NCBI GenBank assembly: GCA_031458695.1
Contig: JAVKJW010000012.1
Coordinates: forward strand, 15,346-70,572
Direction: 5' to 3'
DNA from: Candidatus Thermofontivivens primus
Lineage (GTDB): Bacteria; Sysuimicrobiota; Sysuimicrobiia; Sysuimicrobiales; Thermofontiviventaceae
Length of the DNA: 55,227 nt
The notes under the pieces are model-generated. The model searched no databases. It was not told where the DNA came from and worked only from the letters and a program-made list of their open reading frames with translations. Made by a program: the position numbers and the translations under genes. Positions 52,872 through 55,227 of the stretch are shown here, piece after piece (position 1 is the first letter of the stretch; each line of letters begins with the position of its first letter).

Positions 52872-54040
52872 AGGATTTTCAAGCTCGCAAGCTCATCCAC
52901 AGCCTGAAGGATTGCTTGGGCAGCAACCTCCACGTCCTCCTCTGTCGTCTCATACCCGAGGCTGATGCGGATGGTGGAAAGCGCCTCCTCTTTGCTCAAC
53001 CCCATCGCCAGGAGGACATGGCTGGGTTCGGCCCTGCGGGAGTGACAGGCTGAACCTGTGGAGACATAGATCCCGTCGAGCTCAAGGCGGTGGACGAGGT
53101 GCTCACCAAGCACCCCCTTCACGGTAATGCTCAGGATGTGCGGGGCCGCCTGCTCAACCGGTGGTCCATTGATTTGGATCCTGGGGTGGCCACTGAGGGC
53201 TGCGATGAGGCGCGCCCGTAAGATATGGAGGCGAGGGATGGCAGTTCCTTGGGTCTCCGCAAGGATGCGAGCTGCAGCCCCCATCCCAACGATGCCGGGG
53301 ACGTTCTCCGTCCCGGGGCGAAGACCTCGCTCCTGCTCGCCACCGGAGAGAAGAGGAACGAGCTGGACGCCTTCCCGGACGAACAGGACTCCAACCCCTT
53401 TTGGTCCAGCGATCTTATGTCCACTTAGGGAGAGGAGGTCGATCCCCGCTTGGTGGGGTGAGAAAGGGACCTTGCCCAGCGCCTGGACTGCGTCCACGTG
53501 GAAGAAGATCTTTCGCCCCAGCTTCTTCCCGGCTTCTTGCACAATCTTTCCGATCTCCTCGATGGGCTGGACGCTCCCTACCTCGTTGTTCACCGCCATG
53601 ATGCTCACGAGGATCGTTTCCGGTCTGATAGCATCCGCAACAGATGCAGGGTCGAGGATCCCGTGTCGGTCAACGGGAAGGAAGGTGACTTGGAATCCCT
53701 CCTCCTGGAGGCGCCGGCACGGCTCGAGCACGGAGGAGTGCTCGATTTGCGTCGTCATCAAATGCCTTCCCCTTCTCTGATACGCGTAGGCAATTCCCCG
53801 GATCGCCAAGTTGTTCGCTTCGGTGGCGCCCGAGGTGAAGAGGATCTCCCGCGGGTTCACCCCGAGCAGGGCTGCGATATCTGCGCGCGCCTCCTCGATC
53901 CGACGTTCGGCTTCCACGCCCATGCGATGGAGGGAGGAGGGGTTGCCGTAGGCCTGTGTCAACACCTCCTGCATCGCCTCCACAACTGCAGGGTGCGGGC
54001 GCGTGGTGGCCGCATTGTCCAGGTAGATCTCTCGGCGCAT
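52868..54040 (-). CDS. Cysteine desulfurase (IscS/NifZ-like) coupled to thiI
   Basis: IYLDNAATT; GNPSSLH; FTSGATE; HVDAVQ; SGHK; RPGTEN; STGSACHS; ATGA overlap with thiI. Confidence 0.94.
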   Translation of the reverse strand: MRREIYLDNAATTRPHPAVVEAMQEVLTQAYGNPSSLHRMGVEAERRIEEARADIAALLGVNPREILFTSGATEANNLAIRGIAYAYQRRGRHLMTTQIEHSSVLEPCRRLQEEGFQVTFLPVDRHGILDPASVADAIRPETILVSIMAVNNEVGSVQPIEEIGKIVQEAGKKLGRKIFFHVDAVQALGKVPFSPHQAGIDLLSLSGHKIAGPKGVGVLFVREGVQLVPLLSGGEQERGLRPGTENVPGIVGMGAAARILAETQGTAIPRLHILRARLIAALSGHPRIQINGPPVEQAAPHILSITVKGVLGEHLVHRLELDGIYVSTGSACHSRRAEPSHVLLAMGLSKEEALSTIRISLGYETTEEDVEVAAQAILQAVDELASLKIL

Positions 54041-54053
54041 CTCTACCTTCCAC

Positions 54054-54098
54054 TATAGTCTACACAGTCTTCACAGTCTACACGGTCTTCACGGTTTA
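54054..54098 (-). repeat. Nonamer tandem array (5 units), left arm
   Basis: Plus strand: TATAGTCTA CACAGTCTT CACAGTCTA CACGGTCTT CACGGTTTA. Confidence 0.85.
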
Positions 54099-54234
54099 AA
54101 CCCCGACAGATGTGGAGCGATCCAGGAATTGCCCTCCGAGTGTCTCATGATTTCTGGCCAGTGTAAAGGCTCAGCAGGAGCCTCATCCTCCCAGGTCTCG
54201 TCTATCTGGGGATCTGGTTACCTCCACCCAGGCC

Positions 54235-54260
54235 TAGGGGCAGGTCTCAACCCTGCCCTT
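54235..54260. repeat. Degenerate GTAG-type REP-like hairpin
   Basis: TAGGGGCAGG-tctcaac-CCTGCCCTT. Confidence 0.5.
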
Positions 54261-54281
54261 CGATACACTCTGGATTCCCAG

Positions 54282-54346
54282 GACTGTGTAGACGGTGCAG
54301 ACCGTGTAGACTGTGTAGACTGTGCAGACCGTGCAAACCGTGTAGA
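54282..54346 (+). repeat. Nonamer tandem array (7 units), right arm, inverted relative to 54054-54098
   Basis: GACTGTGTA GACGGTGCA GACCGTGTA GACTGTGTA GACTGTGCA GACCGTGCA AACCGTGTA. Confidence 0.88.
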
Positions 54347-54417
54347 GGAACTCCCGTGCGGACACCGAACTCCCTAATGAGGTGGGTGAACGCCCCTTCC
54401 GCGAGGAGGCCTCTTAG

Positions 54418-55227
54418 GTGAGAACGCTCACGTTTCGCGAGCTTTTCCTTATGAGCATCTTCTGGTTTGCTTTGAACTTCCACTGGGGCGCACTCCTCAC
54501 GGTAGCCATCCCTGCCGAGGTCCTGCGATTTGTCCCCGATGAATACAAGGGCCGTGCGCTCTCCACCGTGTTCTCCGCCGGTGCATTCGTCGCGATGGTG
54601 ACGCTTCCCCTGGTCGGTGCCCTCAGCGACAGGGCTACCTTCCGCATGGGACGTCGGAGGCCCTTTGTCCTCCTGGGGACTCTCCTCAACAGCCTTGTCC
54701 TCCTCGGGTTGGCCTATGCGCCCTCCCTCGCCCTGTTCACGTTGGCCTACCTCCTCGTACAGTTCTCCAACAACGTCTCCGGAGCTGCCTACCAAGGATT
54801 CATCCCCGACCTCGTTCCAAAGGAGCAGAGGGGGATGGCCTCTGGGTTGATGGGGCTCATGACCATGCTGGGGACGATCATTGCAGCAGTCCTCGCTGGG
54901 ATCCTCATGCAGCGCGGGCTCAACCTGGTCCTCTACCTGACCATTTCCGCCGTGATGGTCGCGTGCATGGTCCTGACCGTGTGGGGAGTGCGGGAAACTC
55001 CCCTCCTCCATGCTGAACCCTTTCATCTGGCCACATTCCTCCGCAGTTTCTACGTCAGCCCACGCCAGTATCCCGACTTCGCATGGTTGTTTCTCTCCAG
55101 GGCACTCGTGATGATGGGCTTTTACACCCTTCTGAACTTCCTCCAGTTCTTCCTGAAAGATGCGGTCCGGCTCCCGAATTTCCAGGAGGCCACAGGAATC
55201 GTGAGCGCGGCGGTGATCGTGGGTGCC
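54418..55227 (+). CDS. MFS transporter (GPH/sugar-type motif), truncated by the window end
   Basis: AGGAGG RBS, GTG start, open to the end; MRTLTFRELFLMSIFWF..GALSDRATFRMGRRRPF..IPDLVPKEQRG. Confidence 0.88.
   Translation, partial: MRTLTFRELFLMSIFWFALNFHWGALLTVAIPAEVLRFVPDEYKGRALSTVFSAGAFVAMVTLPLVGALSDRATFRMGRRRPFVLLGTLLNSLVLLGLAYAPSLALFTLAYLLVQFSNNVSGAAYQGFIPDLVPKEQRGMASGLMGLMTMLGTIIAAVLAGILMQRGLNLVLYLTISAVMVACMVLTVWGVRETPLLHAEPFHLATFLRSFYVSPRQYPDFAWLFLSRALVMMGFYTLLNFLQFFLKDAVRLPNFQEATGIVSAAVIVGA

Noticed and set aside
54282..54346. Possible CRISPR array (also at 47602 and 54054)
   Set aside because: Units are 9 bp and directly tandem with no unique spacers; no cas genes in the window.

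Overview
GC-rich bacterial chromosomal segment, mostly housekeeping. No transposase, integrase, CRISPR array, rRNA or tRNA was seen. Left to right: (i) a minus-strand cytochrome c locus (ccmF, ccmH, ccmI-like, an accessory membrane-anchored protein, a mono-heme and a penta-heme cytochrome, and a truncated exported protein at the edge); (ii) a LivKHMGF-type ABC transporter and a polar amino acid ABC transporter with no ATPase; (iii) rnhA and the RNase P RNA gene rnpB, which carries an extra insertion; (iv) an accessory block between rnpB and mraZ: small Zn-ribbon protein, MFS transporter, a strongly base-paired ~170-nt RNA with a candidate 22-aa peptide, and two coupled membrane HD-GYP proteins, one degenerate and one intact; (v) a near-complete dcw cluster (mraZ to ftsZ, no ddl) with a markedly non-canonical MurD; (vi) site-2 protease, NatAB-like ABC exporter, nrdR-nrdJ with tandem NrdR boxes, a cysteine hydrolase, phnDCE-like transporter, pgeF, yggS, mtnA, a GT2, thiI and a cysteine desulfurase on the minus strand, and a truncated MFS. 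The most interesting signals are the MFS/RNA/peptide/HD-GYP block with its low-GC sub-gene patches, a recurring AGGA-N17/18-GAA (sigma-H-like) promoter motif, and many intergenic 7-9-bp tandem-repeat arms, often inverted, sitting exactly at gene junctions. All calls are from motif recognition by eye; no database search was run.
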